From positions 1 through 32,663 of IMG/VR virus record IMGVR_UViG_3300020045_004589: a DNA stretch of 32,663 bases. One strand, given 5' to 3'. Position 1 is the stretch's first letter, and the number at the start of each line of letters is the position of its first letter. The notes beneath the pieces were generated by a model. The model ran no database searches. It saw nothing but the letters and a program-made list of their open reading frames with translations, and had not been told where the DNA came from. The translations under genes were made by a program, and so were the position numbers. The stretch comes from a virus (lineage: Duplodnaviria; Caudoviricetes). Positions 25,580 through 32,663 of this stretch are shown here, one piece after another.

Positions 25580-25734
25580 TTAACAATCCTTGAAACACGG
25601 GCAGCTTGCTTGCGCGCTTCTTCTTTGGCCTTTGCGAACCGCTTCGAGTTAGCCTTAATTTCTTCCGCGCGCATCAACGTGCGGACGTCTTCCTCGGCTT
25701 GCCAGTCAGCCTCGCTTTTTTGTTCTGGCATCAT
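25576..25734 (-). CDS. small helical phage protein
   Basis: WQAEEDVRTL.RAEEIK motif; probable start MMPEQ at 25734; ATGA overlap with gp4-like gene. Confidence 0.6.
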   Translation of the reverse strand: MMPEQKSEADWQAEEDVRTLMRAEEIKANSKRFAKAKEEARKQAARVSRIVK

Positions 25735-25735
25735 G

Positions 25736-25987
25736 CTAATTTTTGGCTGGACGTCCGCGCCTTTTTTCTGCGGGCTTTTCGTCGACGACTTCTTTTGATT
25801 CGACTGACTCGACTTTTTCGTCGGTACTACCTTTATCCCCATTCAGTGCCTCCGGTAACGTTGCAAAGAATCCGGCTTCAAGCGCGGCTTCAAGCTCTTC
25901 TTCGTCCAGTACGCGTTCAAATCCATACGAACCGCCAGCGCATTCGCACGGGCCCGGACTTGTATATACCAACCTCGGGAAATCCAT
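25736..25987 (-). CDS. small head-module protein
   Basis: FP.LVY..PG, GF, KRRGRP tail; GGAGG RBS. Confidence 0.75.
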   Translation of the reverse strand: MDFPRLVYTSPGPCECAGGSYGFERVLDEEELEAALEAGFFATLPEALNGDKGSTDEKVESVESKEVVDEKPAEKRRGRPAKN

Positions 25988-25997
25988 TTACACCTCC

Positions 25998-26025
25998 AAA
26001 AAGTACCGGGCCGTTTCCAGCCCGG
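25998..26025 (-). terminator. probable intrinsic terminator after capsid genes
   Basis: CCGGGCTG-GAAA-CGGCCCGG then TACTTTTT. Confidence 0.6.
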
Positions 26026-26032
26026 CTTTCAG

Positions 26033-27004
26033 TTACCCGATGCGATACGCGACCCAGGCGTTCGTTCCCGCATAGCGGAAGCGGAACGTTCCATAGCAAT
26101 TGAACGTTGACCCGGACGGCCCAACCGTCGGCTCTCCGACGATAGTAACGTCACCGTCTCCGGCGGTGAGAGTGTCGATATCGTCAGCTCCGGCCCCGAT
26201 CGTTATCAGGGTGAAATCGAACGAATCGCCGACTGCAAGGTCAGTGGGACACGCCGCAGTTATCAGGGCCCCGGTCGGCGTGGTGAGCGTTCGTCCCGTG
26301 GTGATGGTATGAACACAAATCCCGCCGATGATCTGCGCCCCGGTTACGCTTTGGTTTCCGTCGACTTTGTCGATCTGCGCGGCCTGTTTTCGGAACTGGT
26401 ACGTTCCGCGATTGAAGGTTCCACCATCCAGGCCTGAGCCGTTTTTCGCTCCAGGAGTGAGGAGAACCGATCCGCCCGAAGCGTTTCCATTGGTTCCCGC
26501 TCCACCGGTTACCGTCGCCGCGCCGCCCTTCCCGGAGGTCGCGCCGCCAGCACCACCCGTTACGGTCGCCGCCCCGCCGACTCCGGTCGCCCCCGGCTCT
26601 CCGCCTTTTATCGCCGCCGCCCCGCCTGCGTTACCGGCCGTGGAAGACGTTCCGCCGACCACCGTAACCGATCCGCCCTGCGCAGCGGCAAGGCCGGACA
26701 CAGTAGCGGCCGCGTCAGTGAGTGACACGCTCGCCACCGGCTCGAAAATCTTCGGGGCGGCGCCGACTTCGTAGTAACAGTCGGACGGCCCTGCGTCGAT
26801 CTTTACCGTAGACGCAGCGGAAAACGCAGCCGTCAAGTATTCAGTACCCGCTACGGTCGTGTAGAGATAATCCCACTTATCCGTATAGTTCGGATATCCC
26901 ACTTGCTGTGAAAGAACCGCAGGGGACATGGAATACATGGCGATTTTTTCGCCAGCGGGTACCGCTATCTCTTTCGTTCCATTCGCATAAACTAAATTGG
27001 CCAT
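26033..27004 (-). CDS. Gly-rich capsid decoration/fibre protein
   Basis: directly after coat; GG(A/S)(A/V)xxxGG repeats. Confidence 0.7.
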   Translation of the reverse strand: MANLVYANGTKEIAVPAGEKIAMYSMSPAVLSQQVGYPNYTDKWDYLYTTVAGTEYLTAAFSAASTVKIDAGPSDCYYEVGAAPKIFEPVASVSLTDAAATVSGLAAAQGGSVTVVGGTSSTAGNAGGAAAIKGGEPGATGVGGAATVTGGAGGATSGKGGAATVTGGAGTNGNASGGSVLLTPGAKNGSGLDGGTFNRGTYQFRKQAAQIDKVDGNQSVTGAQIIGGICVHTITTGRTLTTPTGALITAACPTDLAVGDSFDFTLITIGAGADDIDTLTAGDGDVTIVGEPTVGPSGSTFNCYGTFRFRYAGTNAWVAYRIG

Positions 27005-27052
27005 CTCTTCTACTCCTTGTTTAATGGCGGGGATTCCTCCCCGCCTGTTCCG

Positions 27053-28318
27053 TTAGGTCTGGCTGAACAGGATGATCCCGCTCATTTCGGTGTTTTTGAT
27101 GATCACCCCGAACCGCGTATCTATGCGGATCTTGAACTTGCGGATGTCAATGTCGTATTGCTTTTGCATGACGACCTCGAGGCCGTTGTCCAAGGTGGCA
27201 CGCATGACCGCGACACCATCCGAAGGGATCACGAGACGGCCCGGCAGAAGTTCAAGAGAATCTTTCTGCCAAAAAATGTTCGCATACGCCGCAACCGTGT
27301 TGAGGAACACAATAGCCGAGTTGGCCGCAGGGGTCCCTACGGTGCAGTTTTGATACTGCAATTCCGGTTGCGTCCCACCTTGCGCCGTAATGAGGGGCGG
27401 GGTAATGGTCGCGTGAGTCGCATCATCCACCGAGACAACGCGGAAAGTCTTGAGCTGACCGGTGTCTTCTTTGGTGATGTGATGCACGGCGTTGACGGTC
27501 GCAATGGTGAAACAGTCACCGGCGACCACTCCGGCGGTGGAAGACCATACGGTAGACTGGAAACGATTGTCGACGTTCGACCGTTGACCCGTGGTAGCCA
27601 CGGAAGTCGCAGCCGGAACGTACACATTTCCGCCCGCCGCGAGGGTAGTGATAGTCAGACCGGCTCCGCCACCCGCCGCCGCGAGGCGAATCGAACTGTC
27701 CATTTTGAACGTTTCGAAGCTTGCCACGGGGCCGACGTATGCGCGCTCGTAGGCGTTCATCGGCTTACCCTGCATGGTAGCACGGCCCGCAAGATTTCCG
27801 GCCATGCCGTTGTAATCGCGGGTAGAAAGAGCAAGGAACCGATCATACGACGGGACTCCCTGCTCGTTCATGATGGCTTCACACAGAGCCACGTCATCGA
27901 ACCCGGTCGCCGCGACGGTGCGCTTCACGACAAGCGACCCCTGGTAGGCGGATACGTTCATCGCCGCGACGTTTACGTCTGAGGCCAACCGCTGACGGGC
28001 GGCATCCGCGATCCGGCCTTCCTGCAAGGCATCGCGAAGCTCGGTCGCTGACATGATCCACGAAACGTGTTTATCGTAGCCGATGGTCGCCGGGACGGTG
28101 AGTTGCGTCACATCGTCGAAGTCGGCGGTCGCATCCGATCCGTCATGGCTCGTCATGATGTACGGCATCGGGCGATTGATGACATCACCCGTCCGCTCCA
28201 TCGTCTGGTCATCGGTACGGTAGATGTTCATGTTTTTAGACATTACAAGGCCGTCTTCAAATCCTTCGCAGACATCCTCGAATGCAACCTTTTCTTCTTT
28301 GCTGAAATCGTTGGCCAT
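27053..28318 (-). CDS. major capsid protein (P22 coat family)
   Basis: MAN.FSKEE.VAFE, RP.PY, 421 aa, after scaffold; AGGAGG RBS. Confidence 0.93.
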   Translation of the reverse strand: MANDFSKEEKVAFEDVCEGFEDGLVMSKNMNIYRTDDQTMERTGDVINRPMPYIMTSHDGSDATADFDDVTQLTVPATIGYDKHVSWIMSATELRDALQEGRIADAARQRLASDVNVAAMNVSAYQGSLVVKRTVAATGFDDVALCEAIMNEQGVPSYDRFLALSTRDYNGMAGNLAGRATMQGKPMNAYERAYVGPVASFETFKMDSSIRLAAAGGGAGLTITTLAAGGNVYVPAATSVATTGQRSNVDNRFQSTVWSSTAGVVAGDCFTIATVNAVHHITKEDTGQLKTFRVVSVDDATHATITPPLITAQGGTQPELQYQNCTVGTPAANSAIVFLNTVAAYANIFWQKDSLELLPGRLVIPSDGVAVMRATLDNGLEVVMQKQYDIDIRKFKIRIDTRFGVIIKNTEMSGIILFSQT

Positions 28319-28438
28319 CTTAGGCCCTCCTAAAAATTGAGAATCAACCGGTCAAATACCGATTATAGAACTCTCATCCTTTAGGCCGGACGGATGGCCA
28401 ACAACTACCGAATCTAGGTACGGCGTCCCTTTATGTAC

Positions 28439-29302
28439 TTACGCTCCGCGCTTTTCACGCAATTGCTTTTTGTATGCACTTACTTTCGAGTAATCACCGG
28501 TCCTTGACGCTTCCTCTCGGAGTCTCTCAAGAGTGTTGTCAGTCACACCGGAAAGACCCGCGTTACCCGTTACTCTTCGCTCCGGGTTAACGGCGGGCTT
28601 CTTCTCTACCTTCACTTGCGCCTCCAGTCTCGCAATTGCAAACGCAAACTCTATGGGGTCATTTATCGCGGCAATCTCTTTCGCCTTCGCCGGACTTTTA
28701 CCAAGCGCATAAACGACAAGTGCCGGGTCCTTGGCCCCGTGGATAATTATACCTCGCTGTGTTTGATTTAGCAAGTCCGCGACTGCCGACTCGGCTCCTT
28801 CAAAGTCGTCTACCTTTATTTCTTCCCGCGCCTTCTGATATGACGCCAATTTTGACGCCCATTTTTCTTGTTCTTTGCGCGCGTTTTGTTCAACTTCGGC
28901 TTTCTTTGCGTTCACCGCTTGCTCTTGGGAAATGTACACGGCCATCTTTTTCTTAAACTTTTCGGTATCGTAGTCAATGTCAGGATCGTCAAGTTTTGGC
29001 TCCGGTCCTATCTCTAGTTCTTTTTGTGGCGCCGACTCGTTAAGTTTTCTTTTTGTTTCGCGTAAGTCGCGTTCAAGGTCTCGCTTTTCCTTTTCAAGCT
29101 TTCGGTTTAGCTCCCTGGTTTTCTTTACCCACGCAGGAGCCTTTTGTACCTCTTCCTCTTCCGGCTCTTCATCTTTAGCGTTTACCTGCTCGTCACCGAT
29201 GGATACGACAAACGCTTCATCGGCCGCAGGCTTCGACTCATCAACCGTACCCGTCTCATCGGAACTCTGATCCTCTACAACTTCGCCAGTGTCTTCCGCC
29301 AT
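28439..29302 (-). CDS. scaffolding protein
   Basis: acidic N-terminus, coiled coils, P.L.D.DYD, basic C-terminal helix; between portal and coat. Confidence 0.88.
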   Translation of the reverse strand: MAEDTGEVVEDQSSDETGTVDESKPAADEAFVVSIGDEQVNAKDEEPEEEEVQKAPAWVKKTRELNRKLEKEKRDLERDLRETKRKLNESAPQKELEIGPEPKLDDPDIDYDTEKFKKKMAVYISQEQAVNAKKAEVEQNARKEQEKWASKLASYQKAREEIKVDDFEGAESAVADLLNQTQRGIIIHGAKDPALVVYALGKSPAKAKEIAAINDPIEFAFAIARLEAQVKVEKKPAVNPERRVTGNAGLSGVTDNTLERLREEASRTGDYSKVSAYKKQLREKRGA

Positions 29303-29326
29303 TCCTTAACCTTTCCTCACTCGCAT

Positions 29327-29533
29327 TTATACGCCCGAGCGGGTAGCGTCTTCTTTTTGCTTACGCCTATAACTAACGATGCTACTAATGTCTTTATCGT
29401 TTTCTAAAACGTCGTTTACAATATCCATTAATTTTTTGTCTGCTCTGTCTATCTCAACAAACAAAGCTCCCCCGTTTACCAGTTGTCCTATGTTTGTCTT
29501 TCCGTTTTTCTCGCGAATAAAACATCTAGCCAT
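29327..29533 (-). CDS. hypothetical protein between portal and scaffold
   Basis: about 68-71 aa, overlaps portal stop. Confidence 0.55.
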   Translation of the reverse strand: MARCFIREKNGKTNIGQLVNGGALFVEIDRADKKLMDIVNDVLENDKDISSIVSYRRKQKEDATRSGV

Positions 29534-31574
29534 TATTTCCACCTATCAAGCCCTGTGCTTGTGGGGTAGCTGATTCGGCTATCTGTATAGCCCTTTCGCT
29601 TGTGTCCATGTCAACGTTTGCAAGCGTCTCTATGGTTTTAGCTTTAGTCAATTCGACATCGGCTACCGTCTTCAACACGCTTGCCCTGGCTTTTACCGCG
29701 TTTGCGCTGGCCTCTTCTGCCATGGCCATTAACGCTTCCGTCTGCGGGTCGGGCTGTTGCGCCGACGCTGCTAGCACCTTCGCCTCTTCGTCGGTCGGCT
29801 TTTCGGCTCCCATCCTAACAAGCCGTTTACGGAAAAACTCGTTAACACTTGCAAGCCCTTCGCCTTCAATGTTTTTCATGATCATGCCCAGAAGCACCTG
29901 GCGCGCTTCCATGTCTTCCTGCGGCACGAACGCAAGTATGTTTGTTAGCGAGCGTACCGTTGCCTCACGCCTAGAAGTAGACGAAGGCCCAACCGTTACC
30001 GACACGTCAAAAACGGCGCGCGATAGGTCATTACCCTTGATCAACTTCCCGGCTTTATCCTTCGCCACGGTCTCAAGCTCGACCGTCCCAACTTCTTCGC
30101 CGACCCCGATCGTTTTCATCTTGCGACCGGGCTCGACATATATGTCTTTCGCCATGGAAAGCCACACTTCGGCCGCGCGCCTGATAGCCTTTGAAAAGTT
30201 GGAAATATAAATATACGTCTGCATGTCGAGACGCGTTTGAATAGCTTCAACCGCTTTCCCTGAAATGTTTGACACCATCTTGTCGGCTTCTTGCTGATTG
30301 CCGAGCATTTCCTTGAGCGATATATCCGTGATCGTCATCAATGCCGCGTTAGCTTGCGGGATCTCCGGCGGTTTTGTATATGCCATAGGGCCGGCGGGCA
30401 TCGGGTTTCCATCTGCGCCGGTAATAGGATTTAAAAGCAAATATGCGAAGTTTTTTATGTTGTCATTAGCCCATGATTGCTCATGGTTTCTTATCTGCTC
30501 AGGGGTAAATATAGGCTTAGACAAAGGCGACATTGCGCTGATCTCACCAAGTTTTGATATCTGCATATTGAAAATACGCTGTACGTCTTTTGTCAGACGA
30601 ACATGCCCCATGCACCTCTCGACGTTATCGATAAACCAACGCTTGCCGTAAACCGGAATAATAGGGATGTTTTCTCCGGCGATAAACCCTAAGTCCTCCA
30701 GGACCGAATTACCCGAAAGGATGTACTTGTGTACCGCGCGAGTCTTAACTCGTTTCCGCCTGGTCTCTTTGTATCCGGTAGCCGTTAGCTCTGCAAGCTT
30801 CTCCGGCGTTATATCATCATCCCATAGTTTAACTTCATCGCCCGATGTCCCTTGATACGCGACTCGCCACCGGCCCTTATCTTCAACCTGGTAATACTCG
30901 GCGACATACACTACGTCAGGGGTAAACCAATCAAACTCGGTTTTCTTGGTGTCATCTAACAGCGAAGACGCAGCCTCATTATATTCGCTTTCAAACGCGT
31001 CTTTCGTTTTGGAAAACACGACAAAGCAATGATTCGCATCGGACTTGTCTTGACGTTTCGCGTCCAGGTCAAACCATACGGACGTATCGGCGTCGTATAT
31101 CGGCTCTATGCGTATGCGCTGTCTATCATCGTCGGGATCGTATTCGTCTTCGTACTCATTGCATAGACGGAACGCACCAAAACCTCCGCCCACCGCTTCC
31201 TCAAACGCGTTATCGTATGCCTCTTCGGCGCTGGAGTCGTATTCGTCAGCACGGAACAAACCATCGCAGGTGTCGGCTAGCTCGTCGTCTGTGTCGCCAT
31301 CTTTGGAAATAAAATCGGCTGATATCCTGTTATTTCGGTATTCGTTGAAGATTCTTATCACTGCAAGGTGTATCTTGTTTACTTCAAACTTCGGCTTATT
31401 TTCAAACTGTTCGCCTAGATTCCCTTCCCATTGCGCTCCGGTTATAGAGTAGAATCGGCGATCCTCAAGGCATTGTCGGCGCTCGTCTCGCATGGCTTCT
31501 TGTATGCGGTCAAACTGAAGCATCGCTTCGGCGTGTATCTTTGCTAAGCGTTCATCGTTCGTTAGCCTGGGCAT
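29526..31574 (-). CDS. portal protein (P22-like)
   Basis: 682 aa; ED.RF...G.QW, GGGFGA.R, IP.IPVYG.R, N.SG.A. Confidence 0.95.
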   Translation of the reverse strand: MPRLTNDERLAKIHAEAMLQFDRIQEAMRDERRQCLEDRRFYSITGAQWEGNLGEQFENKPKFEVNKIHLAVIRIFNEYRNNRISADFISKDGDTDDELADTCDGLFRADEYDSSAEEAYDNAFEEAVGGGFGAFRLCNEYEDEYDPDDDRQRIRIEPIYDADTSVWFDLDAKRQDKSDANHCFVVFSKTKDAFESEYNEAASSLLDDTKKTEFDWFTPDVVYVAEYYQVEDKGRWRVAYQGTSGDEVKLWDDDITPEKLAELTATGYKETRRKRVKTRAVHKYILSGNSVLEDLGFIAGENIPIIPVYGKRWFIDNVERCMGHVRLTKDVQRIFNMQISKLGEISAMSPLSKPIFTPEQIRNHEQSWANDNIKNFAYLLLNPITGADGNPMPAGPMAYTKPPEIPQANAALMTITDISLKEMLGNQQEADKMVSNISGKAVEAIQTRLDMQTYIYISNFSKAIRRAAEVWLSMAKDIYVEPGRKMKTIGVGEEVGTVELETVAKDKAGKLIKGNDLSRAVFDVSVTVGPSSTSRREATVRSLTNILAFVPQEDMEARQVLLGMIMKNIEGEGLASVNEFFRKRLVRMGAEKPTDEEAKVLAASAQQPDPQTEALMAMAEEASANAVKARASVLKTVADVELTKAKTIETLANVDMDTSERAIQIAESATPQAQGLIGGNNG

Positions 31575-31619
31575 TTACTTTTTTCCGCCCTTGCGCTTTC
31601 CACCTTTCTTGCATCCCAT
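31575..31619 (-). CDS. 14-aa basic micropeptide MGCKKGGKRKGGKK
   Basis: AGGAG RBS; TAA abuts portal ATG. Confidence 0.5.
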   Translation of the reverse strand: MGCKKGGKRKGGKK

Positions 31620-31628
31620 AGTTAGCTC

Positions 31629-31985
31629 CTAGTATTCACTTTCTCTTGTCGCAAGATACTTCACACGATCAGCCGGTATAGAGTTTAACACCCTTACCTC
31701 TATGATTTCAATGGTCCTATCGTTTCTAAATATGCAATCGTCTTTTTCTGTTAGCGTCACCTGGTATAAATCAAGCTCTGGTAGATCGTCACCCCTAAAC
31801 ATCGGCGTTACATAAACGTAAGCCTTCCACGCATCCGGCGACGTGCATATATATGGCGGTATCCACGTCTCATTCTTACCAGTTACCGGGTTTTCATATT
31901 CTATCGCGTTTCCGTTTAATACGGTTAATCCGTTTTTTAATATGCTGTTCCTATTTTTTGACGGGCTCCAGTGATAGACGATCAT
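31629..31985 (-). CDS. ADP-ribosyltransferase-fold protein
   Basis: YH.S...N..SIL..GL, YICTS, E..E.RV...IP. Confidence 0.65.
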   Translation of the reverse strand: MIVYHWSPSKNRNSILKNGLTVLNGNAIEYENPVTGKNETWIPPYICTSPDAWKAYVYVTPMFRGDDLPELDLYQVTLTEKDDCIFRNDRTIEIIEVRVLNSIPADRVKYLATRESEY

Positions 31986-31986
31986 C

Positions 31987-32663
31987 TTACCACCTATTAG
32001 CTATCGGCATTACAGAAGCGACAATTTGCTCTTTCTGTGCCTTCACAATGGCCGGGAACAATTCAGCAAGCCCCCATATCAATGCATCTGCACGGTTGGG
32101 AGACTTGCCACCAATATAACCCACACTTGAGAATCCTGCAAGCTCTTCCTCCATTTCAACAAATCTACCCACGTGGCGGACCTTTCCTTGCTCGTACAAT
32201 GCAGAAAAAGGCTCTGCCCTAACTGTTTTTCCACGACTTGCCGTAACGCCCTTGAATAGCGTACGAGGCCTAGCAACCTGTATTGTTTGTTTAACCATTG
32301 CACCGCCGAAGTTTGTTTCTCCGACTATGCAGTCTCCGGCGTGTCTATCATACGCCGCCGTTGCAACTCTTCCCCATGTTCCAGGTCCAGCCTTTACGGT
32401 ATCGTCCTCAAGAACATACGCGTTCCCGTCTGTGCCCAAAGCAACCACAACTATCCCTATTTCGTCATTGTCTGCATTATCAATATCATCCGATCCGCTA
32501 GGATCTACAGCTATAACCACACGTACAAAATCGGGTACAGCGCCGTCTATAACTCTCCACTTGTCTATGTTTTCATCCGGGAATAAAGCGTTAGGAGTAG
32601 CATCTGCAAAGCGACCATCTAAAAACCGTGTTCGCATTCTTGCAGGCATTGCTTGCAATTGCT
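31987..32663 (-). CDS. terL: terminase large subunit, C-terminal nuclease domain (5' part outside window)
   Basis: VIAVDPS, ETNFGG, RGK..RAEP...LYEQG.V.H, SPNRADAL.W. Confidence 0.93.
   Translation of the reverse strand, partial: QLQAMPARMRTRFLDGRFADATPNALFPDENIDKWRVIDGAVPDFVRVVIAVDPSGSDDIDNADNDEIGIVVVALGTDGNAYVLEDDTVKAGPGTWGRVATAAYDRHAGDCIVGETNFGGAMVKQTIQVARPRTLFKGVTASRGKTVRAEPFSALYEQGKVRHVGRFVEMEEELAGFSSVGYIGGKSPNRADALIWGLAELFPAIVKAQKEQIVASVMPIANRW

Noticed and set aside
25735-25842. Apparent long overlap of ORF 25576..25842 with 25736..25987
   Set aside because: A downstream ATG at 25734 right after the upstream stop explains it without dual coding
27026-27045. Strong hairpin after coat gene as terminator
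   Set aside because: No U-tract on the coding strand; more likely a stability or processing hairpin
27017-27982. 321-aa plus-strand ORF antisense to coat gene
   Set aside because: Shadow of a GC-rich, codon-biased gene; no RBS or recognisable motifs
18747-31452. Many plus-strand ORFs opposite structural genes (e.g. 20249..20914, 29602..30210)
   Set aside because: Ser/Phe-rich mirror translations of coiled-coil genes
1-32663. CRISPR array, integrase/att site, or stop-codon recoding
   Set aside because: No regularly spaced repeats or recombinase motifs seen; core genes are intact in the standard code and end in TAA, TAG and TGA; the tRNA is not a suppressor

Overview
This window is most of a tailed dsDNA phage or prophage genome with a P22-like (podovirus) virion. 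From the right edge, the minus-strand late module runs: terminase large subunit (truncated by the window), an inserted ADP-ribosyltransferase-fold gene, portal, scaffold, P22-type coat, Gly-rich decoration protein, gp4/gp10-like head-closure proteins, three ejection proteins and a tail fibre. A moron lipoprotein and a lysis cassette follow (holin-like genes, M23 peptidase, two fully overlapping spanin-like ORFs). A back-to-back sigma70 promoter pair at about 11.2 kb drives two units. The short rightward operon holds small ORFs and a SpoU/TrmH methyltransferase. The long leftward early region holds an AbrB-like regulator, tRNA-Gln, a tRNA-like RNA, RHH and HTH regulators, SSB-like, NinB-like and HNH genes, a lytic transglycosylase, a nucleotidyltransferase, a replisome organizer and a DnaC-like loader. 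No integrase or CI-type repressor is visible. The most striking observations are: a kissing-loop/terminator RNA switch ahead of the replication genes; a circularly permuted M23 endolysin; co-initiating nested spanin-like genes; an NRD(H/N)P domain shared by an unannotated tail-linked ORF and the moron lipoprotein; and a D-stem-less, tmRNA-like tRNA mimic. All family calls are by-eye motif recognition, not database searches.
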